Source of the DNA: Terriglobia bacterium
GTDB taxonomy: Bacteria; Acidobacteriota; Terriglobia; 2-12-FULL-54-10
Assembly: GCA_963666975.2 (NCBI GenBank)
Contig: CAXVYR010000002.1
Location: forward strand, 320,001-384,000
DNA length: 64,000 nucleotides
Reading direction: 5' to 3'
The notes below the pieces were generated by a model. That model was not told where the DNA came from. It searched no databases and was given only the letters and a program-made list of their open reading frames with translations. Position numbers and translations under genes: made by a program. Of this stretch, positions 8,996 to 17,752 are shown piece after piece (position 1 is the stretch's first letter; every line of letters begins with the position of its first letter).

Positions 8996-10927
8996 TTAAT
9001 AGCCTGGGGCCTTGTACACTGTCTTCCCGCCCACAGAGGTTAACAGAGTCTTGATGGTGCCGATCTGGTCCGCGGGAATTGCAAAATAATCCTTGTCAAT
9101 CACGATAAAGTCAGCCAGCTTCCCCAACTCCAGCGAGCCGATATTTTCCTCGTTCATCGCCTGCTCGGCTCCCCAAATGGTAGCCGCTTTCATCAGCGTC
9201 ACCTTATCCAACATCTCGCTCCGGTTGTAGGTGATTCCGTCGTGAGGCATCACGCGGGTGGCGAAGAACTCCATAAAACCCCAGATGTTCCCGTCCCACT
9301 GCGACGGGTAGTCCATGTCCTTCGATTCGGGAAGCACCTTGTGCAAGTGCGCGTCGGTGTTGAACACCACCTTCACGCCGGCATCCGCCAGAGTCTTCAT
9401 CGGGGTCATCCAGGGCATATATTGCTCGCCGTAGGCCTTCAGGAAAGCTCCGCCCTTGATGTCGCCCTGAACCTGGTAGCCGTTGAAACCGGGCATGACC
9501 CCGTACAGGGCCATCTTCGCAGCCTGGTCGGGGCGAAGCATCGGATTGTGTTCCGTGCTGATCCGCGCGGCGCGTACTTGCTCCAGTGTCATTTTGCCCT
9601 CGGCGATCGACTGCTCAATCAGGTGCAATAGAGCATCCATCGATCCATCGCTGTAGACGTGCAGATATCCGATCCGAAGACCGGCTTCCAGCGCCGCCTT
9701 CACATTCCGATAGCCGCCGTACTGCTCGTAGCTAGCCTTTGGATCCGAACAGGACATGAAAAGTTCCACCGGGTTAGCGGGGTTCGGCTCGGCGGCGGTG
9801 CAAGTGCCTATACCGCCTTCACCCTGAGGTCCCCATTCCCAACCTTCATCGGCCACCCCGGCGTTCCAAATGTAGTCGTTCCCAATTCTTTGGAAGTTTC
9901 CCAAATTACGATACGTGAGACTGAGATCGTAATCGCTGCTCCAACCCTGTCCGCCGCCGCCCATGTACCAAGCCCACCGGACGGGCAGTTCACCCCGTTG
10001 GTAGAGCAAATTATAGGTCTCCATGATGGAGGGGGAGCCGTAGTAATGGTTCCCGAAGGTGGTGATTCCCTGGGCCGCTATACATTCGAGCAGCTCCCGC
10101 TTGAGGAAGTCCATCTTCTCCTCGGTTCGCCCCTGGAAAAGAATGTCGTAGGTGACCGAAGTGCGCGCGTACAACCCTACTCTTTCCATACCCAGAATCC
10201 TCAGCATCTCCTCCCTGGCTCTGGTGTTGTTGGCGCCGGGCCCGATGGCCTCTCCAACCATCACCATGAGGGGGTTGTTCGGGGCCAGCGTATCCAGGAA
10301 TTCCCGGGTCAGGGGCGCGCTCGCACCACCCTGCTCATAGCGAGGATCCAAATTCGGAAAGAGAGCGTAGACAATCTTTCTCGACTCGACCAAGCTGTTC
10401 CCCCCAAACAAGCTGACCCAAATCCACTTGCCGGGGCCCAACAGACTGGTCCGCTCCCGAACAATCCGCTCCAGCTCCCGTAGCACCGTAGCCTGGTCAT
10501 TGCCCTTGGCATAGAAGATCTGCAGTTGGGGATCGTTGTACCTCTTGGCCGCAAAATCCCCTTCCGAACCGAGCCAGTGCTCCACAGCCCAGAGGTGCGG
10601 ATGGGTGTGACCGTCAATCAGACCCGGCAACACTCTCCGTCCTTTTGCGTCCAACACCTCTGTGTTGGGACCGGCCAGAAACCGTATCTGGTCATTGGTT
10701 CCCATCTCCAGAATCCGGTTGTTCTTCACCGCCATAGCCTCGACCTCGGTCAGCCGCTCATCCATGGTGGAGATCTTGCCATTGACAACGATGATCTCCG
10801 GATAGGCCTGAAGTCTTTCCAGCTTGCTCCTCAAATCGCCTGCGCTTTGCCCTTGCGCCCTCCCCGGCACCAAAAGAAAAACCAGAGCCAGCAAAATCGC
10901 GTAGCTCGAAGAAGTAGTTCTTTTCAT
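8996..10927 (-). CDS. Exported amidohydrolase_3 (YtcJ-like) protein
   Basis: Signal peptide; DAKGRRVLPGLIDGHTHP; C-terminal IGSLELGKLADFIVIDKD. Confidence 0.9.
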   Translation of the reverse strand: MKRTTSSSYAILLALVFLLVPGRAQGQSAGDLRSKLERLQAYPEIIVVNGKISTMDERLTEVEAMAVKNNRILEMGTNDQIRFLAGPNTEVLDAKGRRVLPGLIDGHTHPHLWAVEHWLGSEGDFAAKRYNDPQLQIFYAKGNDQATVLRELERIVRERTSLLGPGKWIWVSLFGGNSLVESRKIVYALFPNLDPRYEQGGASAPLTREFLDTLAPNNPLMVMVGEAIGPGANNTRAREEMLRILGMERVGLYARTSVTYDILFQGRTEEKMDFLKRELLECIAAQGITTFGNHYYGSPSIMETYNLLYQRGELPVRWAWYMGGGGQGWSSDYDLSLTYRNLGNFQRIGNDYIWNAGVADEGWEWGPQGEGGIGTCTAAEPNPANPVELFMSCSDPKASYEQYGGYRNVKAALEAGLRIGYLHVYSDGSMDALLHLIEQSIAEGKMTLEQVRAARISTEHNPMLRPDQAAKMALYGVMPGFNGYQVQGDIKGGAFLKAYGEQYMPWMTPMKTLADAGVKVVFNTDAHLHKVLPESKDMDYPSQWDGNIWGFMEFFATRVMPHDGITYNRSEMLDKVTLMKAATIWGAEQAMNEENIGSLELGKLADFIVIDKDYFAIPADQIGTIKTLLTSVGGKTVYKAPGY

Positions 10928-10981
10928 TAGTTTTTTCCTCCCCTCTCAGATCTTCATCGTGCGAAATAGTATATTGACTCG

Positions 10982-11160
10982 ACAGATTGTTGAAAGAATG
11001 GTCTCATGAATCGCTTGATAACGCGCGTGGCTTGGTGAATGCCGAAATATCAATCCTCCCATTCCGAGCCGCGACCGGAGTGGGATCCCCAGCGCGCCGC
11101 TTTCAGCGCGTTGGGGTGCTCGTAAGGGAGCGGTTTTCCGGGGTTCCTCAGCAAGCTGCC
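10982..11160. repeat. MITE-like element carrying a REP-like doublet with a nested hairpin
   Basis: Degenerate terminal repeats acagattgttgaaa / ttcctcagcaagctgcc; internal cgcttgataacgcgcgtggc and ccgagccgcgacc...gtaagggagcgg shared with the elements at 30835, 45639 and 46985. Confidence 0.6.
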
Positions 11161-11381
11161 AAGAAACACTTGCCCACTCTAGAGTCTTCCGTGCAGTTGC
11201 AAGCAGAATTCCCTACTCTCAATTTTCGTCTTGGTAGATAATGATACACTCAGTTTCTCAGCTGTCCTAAAGGTTTTTCTTGCCTTCATCCCCCTCCGAG
11301 TTTGCCAGGCAACTGGCAAGGGCTTCTGCAAGAAGGCAGCAACATGAATCCCAAGGGACAAACTCCTGACCAAGCGCCTGC

Positions 11382-12114
11382 TAAGGTTTCCCAGTCTGCT
11401 TAGTCTCGCAATGGTGGCAGGGTCTTGGTGATCCAATATTCACTGTGTAAATTAGGAAGAGGTGCAGGTGTTTTTTTGCATCAAGCAAGACCGCTTCCTA
11501 TTGAGGACCTCATAATATATAGTGAATCTTCTCTGTCCTGCTGGAGTCTTCTGTGGGATGGGAAATTCAGCCGGAGTGTAACGAGACTTCACCTGCGATT
11601 CCGAACGCCTGGCGCGCTTTCAGCGTTAGGCATGACGGGTTAGCCTCGCTGAGCCATTTGCTCTGCGCGAGATGACGGGTGGGTGAAATCCGGAAGATCA
11701 ATCAAACCTCGCCCGGCCCGATCAATCACCTCATGCTATGATCCACAATCTGGAAGATTCAGCGGTTTGCGCCTCCTTCTCGAGGCGCCTTACCCGCCGG
11801 TGGGTTAAGGTTTCCCAGTCTGCTTAGTCTCGCAATGGTGGCAGGGTCTTGGTGATCCAATATTCACGGCAGGTGTTTTTTTGCATCAAGCAAGACCGCT
11901 TCCTATTGAGGACCTCATAATATATAGTGAATCTTCTCGTCCTGCTGGAGTCTTCTGTGGGATGGGAAATTCAGCCATAACGAGACTTCACCTGCGATTC
12001 CGACGCCTGGCGCGCTTTCAGCGTTTGACGGGTTAGCCTCGCTGAGCCACCATTGCTATGATCCACAATCTGGAAGATTCAGCGGTTTGCGCCATCGACG
12101 CCTTACCCGCGGTG
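11382..12114. repeat. Imperfect tandem duplication (11382-11802 and 11806-12114)
   Basis: The second copy repeats the first with multiple small deletions; non-coding; probable consensus or assembly artefact. Confidence 0.85.
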
Positions 12115-12160
12115 TTACCGGACGAGGCGGCGTGTGTAGCAAATCCGTCATGGGAGGAAC

Positions 12161-14065
12161 ATGAGGAGAGGCGCTTTTCAGGCCGCATTTGATCGCTCCA
12201 TCAGAGATCCGGAAGGTTTCTGGGGCGAAGCGGCAGAGGCCGTCCATTGGTACAAGAAGTGGGACAAGGTCCTGGACGACAGCAACAAGCCATTTTATCG
12301 CTGGTTCGCCGGCGGCGTGGTGAATACATGCTACAACGCGCTCGACCTGCACGTTGAAAATGGACGGGCGGACCAGCTCGCGCTGATCTGCGACAGTCCC
12401 GTCACCGGAAAAATCCAGACGTTTACTTACCGTGAGCTGCGCGACGAGGTGGCCACTTTTGCCGGCGTCCTCGCCGGACTGGGCGTGGGTAAAGGCGACC
12501 GTGTCATCCTCTACATGCCCATGGTCCCTCAGGCGGTCGTGGCGATGCTTGCCTGTGCGCGCCTGGGCGCGGTGCATTCCGTGGTGTTCGGCGGTTTTGC
12601 CGCCAACGAGCTGGCGGTGCGCATTGATGATGCCAAACCGAAGGTTGTTGTTTCCGCTTCCTGCGGCATCGAAGTCAGCCGGATCATTTCTTATAAGCCG
12701 CTGCTCGATGAAGCGATTCGGCTCGCCAAGCACAAGCCTGAAAAATGCATCATCTTGCAGCGCCCTATGCAGCCCGCCGAAATGATCGCGGGCCGCGACC
12801 TGGACTGGGAAGAAGGGATGGGGGCGGCAAAGCCGCACGACTGTGTGCCGGTCGAGGCGACTGCTCCTCTTTATATTCTCTATACTTCCGGAACGACCGG
12901 GCAGCCGAAGGGTGTGGTGCGCGACAACGGAGGCCACATCGTGGCCTTGAAGTGGACCATGAAAAACATTTATGGCGTCGATCCCGGCGACGTGTACTGG
13001 GCGGCTTCCGACATCGGCTGGGTGGTGGGCCATTCCTACATCGTCTACGGGCCGTTGTTCCACGGAAACACGGCGATCCTCTATGAAGGCAAGCCGGTCG
13101 GGACGCCGGACGCCGGAGCATTTTGGCGCGTCATCTCGCAGCACAACGTAAAAGCGCTGTTTGTGGCTCCCACGGCCTTGCGCGCCATCAAGAAGGAAGA
13201 TCCCAACGGCGAGCTTCTAAAGAACTATGACCTCTCCGGTTTCAAGACATTGTTTCTGGCGGGCGAACGCGCCGACCCCAACACCCTGCAATGGGCGGAA
13301 AGCCACCTCAAGGTGCCGGTCATCGACCACTGGTGGCAGACCGAAACCGGCTGGCCAATCTGTTCCAACTGCCTCGGCATCGAGCCGCTGCCGATCAAGC
13401 ATGGATCTCCCACCAAACCAGTGCCCGGCATGGACGTGCGCGTTGTGAACGCGCAAAACCAGGAGGTGAAACGCGGCAAGATCGGCGCCCTGGTCATCAA
13501 GCTGCCGTTGCCGCCGGGAACGTTTCCGACACTGTGGAATGCGGATGAACGCTTCGTGGAGTCCTATCTTTCTGAATTTCCCGGCTACTACAAGACCGCC
13601 GACGCAGGATACATAGACGAGGACGGATACGTGTATGTGATGTCACGAACCGACGATATCATCAACGTGGCAGGACACCGCTTATCCACGGGCGGAATGG
13701 AAGAAGTCCTGGCCGCGCATCCGGACGTGGCCGAGTGTGCCGTGATCGGCGTGAATGATGAGATCAAGGGCCAGGTTCCGCTCGGATTCCTGGTGCTGAA
13801 GGCCGGGGTACACCGGGATCAAAGCGAGATCCTCCAAGAGGCGGTGCAACTGGTGCGGACGAAAATCGGCCCCGTCGCCGCTTTCAAGACTGCAACCATC
13901 GTCGAGCGGCTTCCCAAGACCCGTTCCGGCAAAATCCTGCGCGGCACAATGCAGAAGATCGCCAATAGCGAGCAATACACTATGCCCGCTACTATTGAGG
14001 ACCCGGACACTCTGAGCGAGATTATGGAAGCATTGAAACAAGCAGGGTACGCTAAACCCACATAA
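12161..14065 (+). CDS. prpE: Propionyl-CoA synthetase (AMP-forming acyl-CoA synthetase)
   Basis: LYILYTSGTTGQPKGVVRDNGG, IDHWWQTETGWPI, RTDDIINVAGHRLS, LPKTRSGKILR. Confidence 0.88.
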   Translation: MRRGAFQAAFDRSIRDPEGFWGEAAEAVHWYKKWDKVLDDSNKPFYRWFAGGVVNTCYNALDLHVENGRADQLALICDSPVTGKIQTFTYRELRDEVATFAGVLAGLGVGKGDRVILYMPMVPQAVVAMLACARLGAVHSVVFGGFAANELAVRIDDAKPKVVVSASCGIEVSRIISYKPLLDEAIRLAKHKPEKCIILQRPMQPAEMIAGRDLDWEEGMGAAKPHDCVPVEATAPLYILYTSGTTGQPKGVVRDNGGHIVALKWTMKNIYGVDPGDVYWAASDIGWVVGHSYIVYGPLFHGNTAILYEGKPVGTPDAGAFWRVISQHNVKALFVAPTALRAIKKEDPNGELLKNYDLSGFKTLFLAGERADPNTLQWAESHLKVPVIDHWWQTETGWPICSNCLGIEPLPIKHGSPTKPVPGMDVRVVNAQNQEVKRGKIGALVIKLPLPPGTFPTLWNADERFVESYLSEFPGYYKTADAGYIDEDGYVYVMSRTDDIINVAGHRLSTGGMEEVLAAHPDVAECAVIGVNDEIKGQVPLGFLVLKAGVHRDQSEILQEAVQLVRTKIGPVAAFKTATIVERLPKTRSGKILRGTMQKIANSEQYTMPATIEDPDTLSEIMEALKQAGYAKPT

Positions 14066-14140
14066 CGCAGTTCACGAAACCAGGCCTCAAATCCCCCATG
14101 AAGTAAAACAACAACAGGAATGAACGGTGATAAACGATAT

Positions 14141-14571
14141 TGACCTGCCCCCATAAAACGGTCCAGTTGATAAGTTAGAGTTTAAGGTTTGGACTGAACT
14201 TGGAAAGGGGGCGAGGATGCCGAAGAAACGATATACAGCCGAACAGATCATCCGACATCTACGAGAGGCGGAAGTGGAACTGACTAAGGGCCAGACAACC
14301 GGAGAGGTCTGTCGGAAGTTGGGAATCACGGAGCAGAGTTTCGAGACGAGTTTTTGAATGGAGAGATTTTCTACACCTTGCGGGAAGCAAAGGTGTTGAT
14401 TGAGGGATGGCGGCGGGAGTATAACAAGGTTCGCCCGCACAGCGCGTTGGGCTACCGGCCGCCAGCCACGGAAGCGATCCTGCCGTTACCGCCGGGTTCC
14501 GTTCCGCTCCGCCCGGCTGCAACGGCGTATGGACTAACATAGAAAGTGGACCAACAACCCGGGGCCGGTCA
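14141..14571 (+). mobile_element. Internally deleted IS3-family element
   Basis: Inverted ends tgacctgcccc...ggggccggtca; orfA start MPKKRYTAEQIIRHLREAEV joined directly to the orfB C-terminus (RDEFLNGEIFYTLREAKVLIEGWRREYNKVRPHSALGYRPP). Confidence 0.88.
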
Positions 14572-14590
14572 CAGTGATGAGGCAGTTCGT

Positions 14591-16219
14591 TTATTGACTC
14601 GGAACCGCCCTTGGATTTAACGGGTAGGGAATCTTTCCCGTTCCCTTGTCATCGACCCGGTATTCGCTGCCTCTTTGCACTGGAACTATATCCTCGACAG
14701 ACAGAGGCACGGCTCCCAATTTGAGAAGCAGATCTGCCGTGCTCTTGTGGAGACGCAGCGAGCCTTGTTGATTTACAACCGGGGCAATGGCCTCAGCAAT
14801 AGTCCACGGCGTCTGCCCGTTGGCAGCCGTTGCGTTCACGCTAGCCCCCTTGTCCACCAAAAACTGCACGATAGAATCGGATCCCGTGAAGGCGGCTGCA
14901 TGTAACGCAGTCTGGCCTGTCCTTCTGACAATCGTAGCTCCGCCACCAGCACCGCCCATCTCCGCATTGATGCTGGCTCCCAGTTCCACCAACAGCTGGA
15001 CGGCTTCTAGTTGGCGGGGTTCCTCTCCCTCCAGGAAATCCTGCGCCCGGCCCATTCCTGCCGCTACCATCAGCGGCGTCACATTTGCCACTGTCCCCAG
15101 GCTTGGATCGGCTCCGCTCGCCAGCAGAACGCGCATGAGGCTGGCATCGCCGGATGTCGCTGCCAGAAAAAGCGGGGTCGCCCCAATCACACTCATTGAA
15201 TTTGTTTGTCGGAAGGGCGCCCGAGTATGTGAAGGATAGTTCTTTGCGATTCGGGCGTTCGGGTTCGCTCCACTCGCCAGGAGCGCCTTGACAAGCTCCG
15301 ACATGTTGGGCGGGGGCAAGCGGTAGGGTGTGTATTCGAAAAAACTAAGGTTCGCAAGTCCTTTCTGTATTGCATAATGTAAAGCAGTTCTTCCATAGGC
15401 GTCCGAAGCGTTTGGATCGGCGCCCTTCTCCAACAGAAATAAGGCTGCCTTTTCATGGCCGCTGGCGGCCACGACCACCAAGGGAGGGCCGTCTTCCGGC
15501 GCGGCCTGGTTCACATCCGCTCCCATTTCGAGCAGAACCCGGATCAATTCCATATCTCCGTTCCGGGCAGCAAACAGCAACGGCGTGAAACCACTTTTTG
15601 AACGGGCGTTGATGTCCGCGCCGTGCTCGACGAGGAGGGGGGCAACTTCCAGATGTCGTTCTGCGACAGCCCACATCAGCGCCGTCTGCCCCTGCCAGGT
15701 TTCCTTCGCGTTCACTTCCGCGCCGTGGGCCACCAGCAATTTCACCGCCCCCAAGCTTCCCGTGCGCGCGCAGGCCATCAAAACCGTCTCAGCCGTGCGT
15801 ACCAACGCCGCGTTCGCATTCGTCCCAGCCCTCAACAGCTTCTCGACGACGGCGGCATTCCTGTTCTGGCAGGCGAGAAAGAGAGGAGTGACGCCGTAGG
15901 CGTTCGCGGCGTTAACGTTTGCCCCAGCCCGAATCAGCAGTTCCACCACCTCAAAATCATCCCAGTGGACCGCCCAATGGAGCGCTGTCGAGCCATCGGC
16001 AAGGGGTACGTTTACGTCGGCTTTCTGGTTCAGCAAGGAAAAGACTGCGTCCTTCCTGCGTTCTTTGACCGCCTCTACCAGCCGAAGATCACCGCTGGCG
16101 AAGGCAAGAGCGGCAAGACTAAAACTCCACGCGAGGACTACCACCAACCCGCCACGCAGATTCCTGAGCATCATCGCTAACTCCGCACCCCTCCGACTGA
16201 TCTGTTGGGATTTCATCAT
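14591..16219 (-). CDS. Exported ankyrin-repeat protein
   Basis: Many G-TPL/ALHxA...GA-VNA repeats; hydrophobic N-terminal segment; exact start uncertain. Confidence 0.92.
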   Translation of the reverse strand: MMKSQQISRRGAELAMMLRNLRGGLVVVLAWSFSLAALAFASGDLRLVEAVKERRKDAVFSLLNQKADVNVPLADGSTALHWAVHWDDFEVVELLIRAGANVNAANAYGVTPLFLACQNRNAAVVEKLLRAGTNANAALVRTAETVLMACARTGSLGAVKLLVAHGAEVNAKETWQGQTALMWAVAERHLEVAPLLVEHGADINARSKSGFTPLLFAARNGDMELIRVLLEMGADVNQAAPEDGPPLVVVAASGHEKAALFLLEKGADPNASDAYGRTALHYAIQKGLANLSFFEYTPYRLPPPNMSELVKALLASGANPNARIAKNYPSHTRAPFRQTNSMSVIGATPLFLAATSGDASLMRVLLASGADPSLGTVANVTPLMVAAGMGRAQDFLEGEEPRQLEAVQLLVELGASINAEMGGAGGGATIVRRTGQTALHAAAFTGSDSIVQFLVDKGASVNATAANGQTPWTIAEAIAPVVNQQGSLRLHKSTADLLLKLGAVPLSVEDIVPVQRGSEYRVDDKGTGKIPYPLNPRAVPSQ

Positions 16220-16408
16220 TTAGCCTGCTTCTAGCCTGCTTCCGCTTCTATCGCCCTCCGCATGCTAAATATTGAAGCTGATTCCCGGCGCGACGCGTGA
16301 TTTCCACGCACGTCTCTCAACTGGAGTTGGTTTGCCACGGCAAACCTGATACCCGCCGTATGCCAACAAAACCAGAATCCGCGACCCTTCGACCCTTCTA
16401 TCCAACTA

Positions 16409-17752
16409 TCAAACCGAGATCAGATCGAGCTTCCCCTTGCTGTCGCCGAAGTTTTCCAAAGCAATACCGAGCTTATCCAGCATCGTCAAAAAGAGATTGG
16501 ACATCGGCGTGTTCTTTGGATACCGCAGGTGACGTCCTCCTTTGATCCGGCCCGACGCGCCACCTACCAACAGGGTCGGCAGGTCCTGGTGCAAATGAGC
16601 ATTCCCGTCGCTGATTCCGCTACCGTAGAGAATCATGGAATGGTCCAGAAGGGATCCATCCCCATCGGGCGTTGCGCGCAGCTTTTCCAAGAACTCAGCG
16701 AACAACTTGGCGTGAAAGATGTCGATCTGGATCACCTTCTCGATCTTCGCAGGATCACCCGCGTGGTGCGACATCGGATGATGTGCATCAGGAATTCCGA
16801 TCTCGCGGAAGGTTCGGTCGCTTTGTTCGCGGCCCATCATAAAGGTGATGACGCGGGTCAGGTCGCTTTGGTACGCCAAGACCATCAAATCAAACATTAA
16901 CCTTGCGTGGTCATCAAATCGGGCCGGAATGCCCGCCGGCCGGTCCACCACCGGCAACTCCCGCGCCGACTGTTCCTCCGCCATCTGGATACGCCGCTCG
17001 ACATCGCGAACGGCATCCAAATACTCGCTGAGCTTGGCGCCGTCCCTGGCGCCTAGTTCCCCTATGAGATGCGCTGCAGCCTCTCTCACAGAGTCCAAAA
17101 TGGTGGCATCCTTCTTGATTCGAGCGAGTCGCTCTGCCGTGTCCGTACTGTTGGTGTCCCCGAACAGGCGTTCGAACAACGCACGGGGCTGGTTTTCAAC
17201 GGGCAGTGGGGTCGTGGGCGTCCGCCAAGAGAGCGTGTGGCGGAAGGCGCAATTCCAGTTGCGTTCGCATTGGCCTATGACATTGTTGATGTCTAACCCG
17301 AGTTCCAGCGACGCGAGCTGAGTTTGCCTGCCCATCTCCTTCGCAGCAATCTGGTCCACCGAGATTCCCGCAATGCCTTCCCTCTTCACATGAACGCCCG
17401 TCAGATAGGAAGCACTGGCGCGGTCATGTGGCGCGACTTCGCCTTCACCGGGGAAAGGATCCGCCATATCGTGGTCCAGCCCGGTCAGCACAAGAAATTG
17501 ATCCCGAAACGAAGCCAGCGGTTCCAGAATCTCGGTTAAATCAAAATTCGCGCCGTCCGTCGCCGGGGTCCATTTAGACATGATCTGCCCGTTCGGAACA
17601 TAAACGAACGCCAGGCGAGTCGCCGGGTTTGCCGCTTTGTCAATCCCGGCGCCTAAAGCCGGAACCATTGAATCCAGCAGCGGCAAGGCCAACGTTGCGC
17701 CGACACCGCGCAAGAACGTCCGGCGCGGGATGGATTTCCTGAAGATCATCAT
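16409..17752 (-). CDS. DUF1552 domain protein with Tat-like signal
   Basis: IPRRTFLRGVGATLALPLLDSM, FVYVPNG, SVDQIAA, HHPMSHH, GNAHLHQDLP. Confidence 0.9.
   Translation of the reverse strand: MMIFRKSIPRRTFLRGVGATLALPLLDSMVPALGAGIDKAANPATRLAFVYVPNGQIMSKWTPATDGANFDLTEILEPLASFRDQFLVLTGLDHDMADPFPGEGEVAPHDRASASYLTGVHVKREGIAGISVDQIAAKEMGRQTQLASLELGLDINNVIGQCERNWNCAFRHTLSWRTPTTPLPVENQPRALFERLFGDTNSTDTAERLARIKKDATILDSVREAAAHLIGELGARDGAKLSEYLDAVRDVERRIQMAEEQSARELPVVDRPAGIPARFDDHARLMFDLMVLAYQSDLTRVITFMMGREQSDRTFREIGIPDAHHPMSHHAGDPAKIEKVIQIDIFHAKLFAEFLEKLRATPDGDGSLLDHSMILYGSGISDGNAHLHQDLPTLLVGGASGRIKGGRHLRYPKNTPMSNLFLTMLDKLGIALENFGDSKGKLDLISV

Noticed and set aside
11382-12114. Tandem repeat of about 400 bp as a possible regulatory or ncRNA array
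   Set aside because: Only two copies, differing by scattered indels; the same signature occurs at 4555-4788, 28023-28102 and 28597-29443, typical of consensus errors
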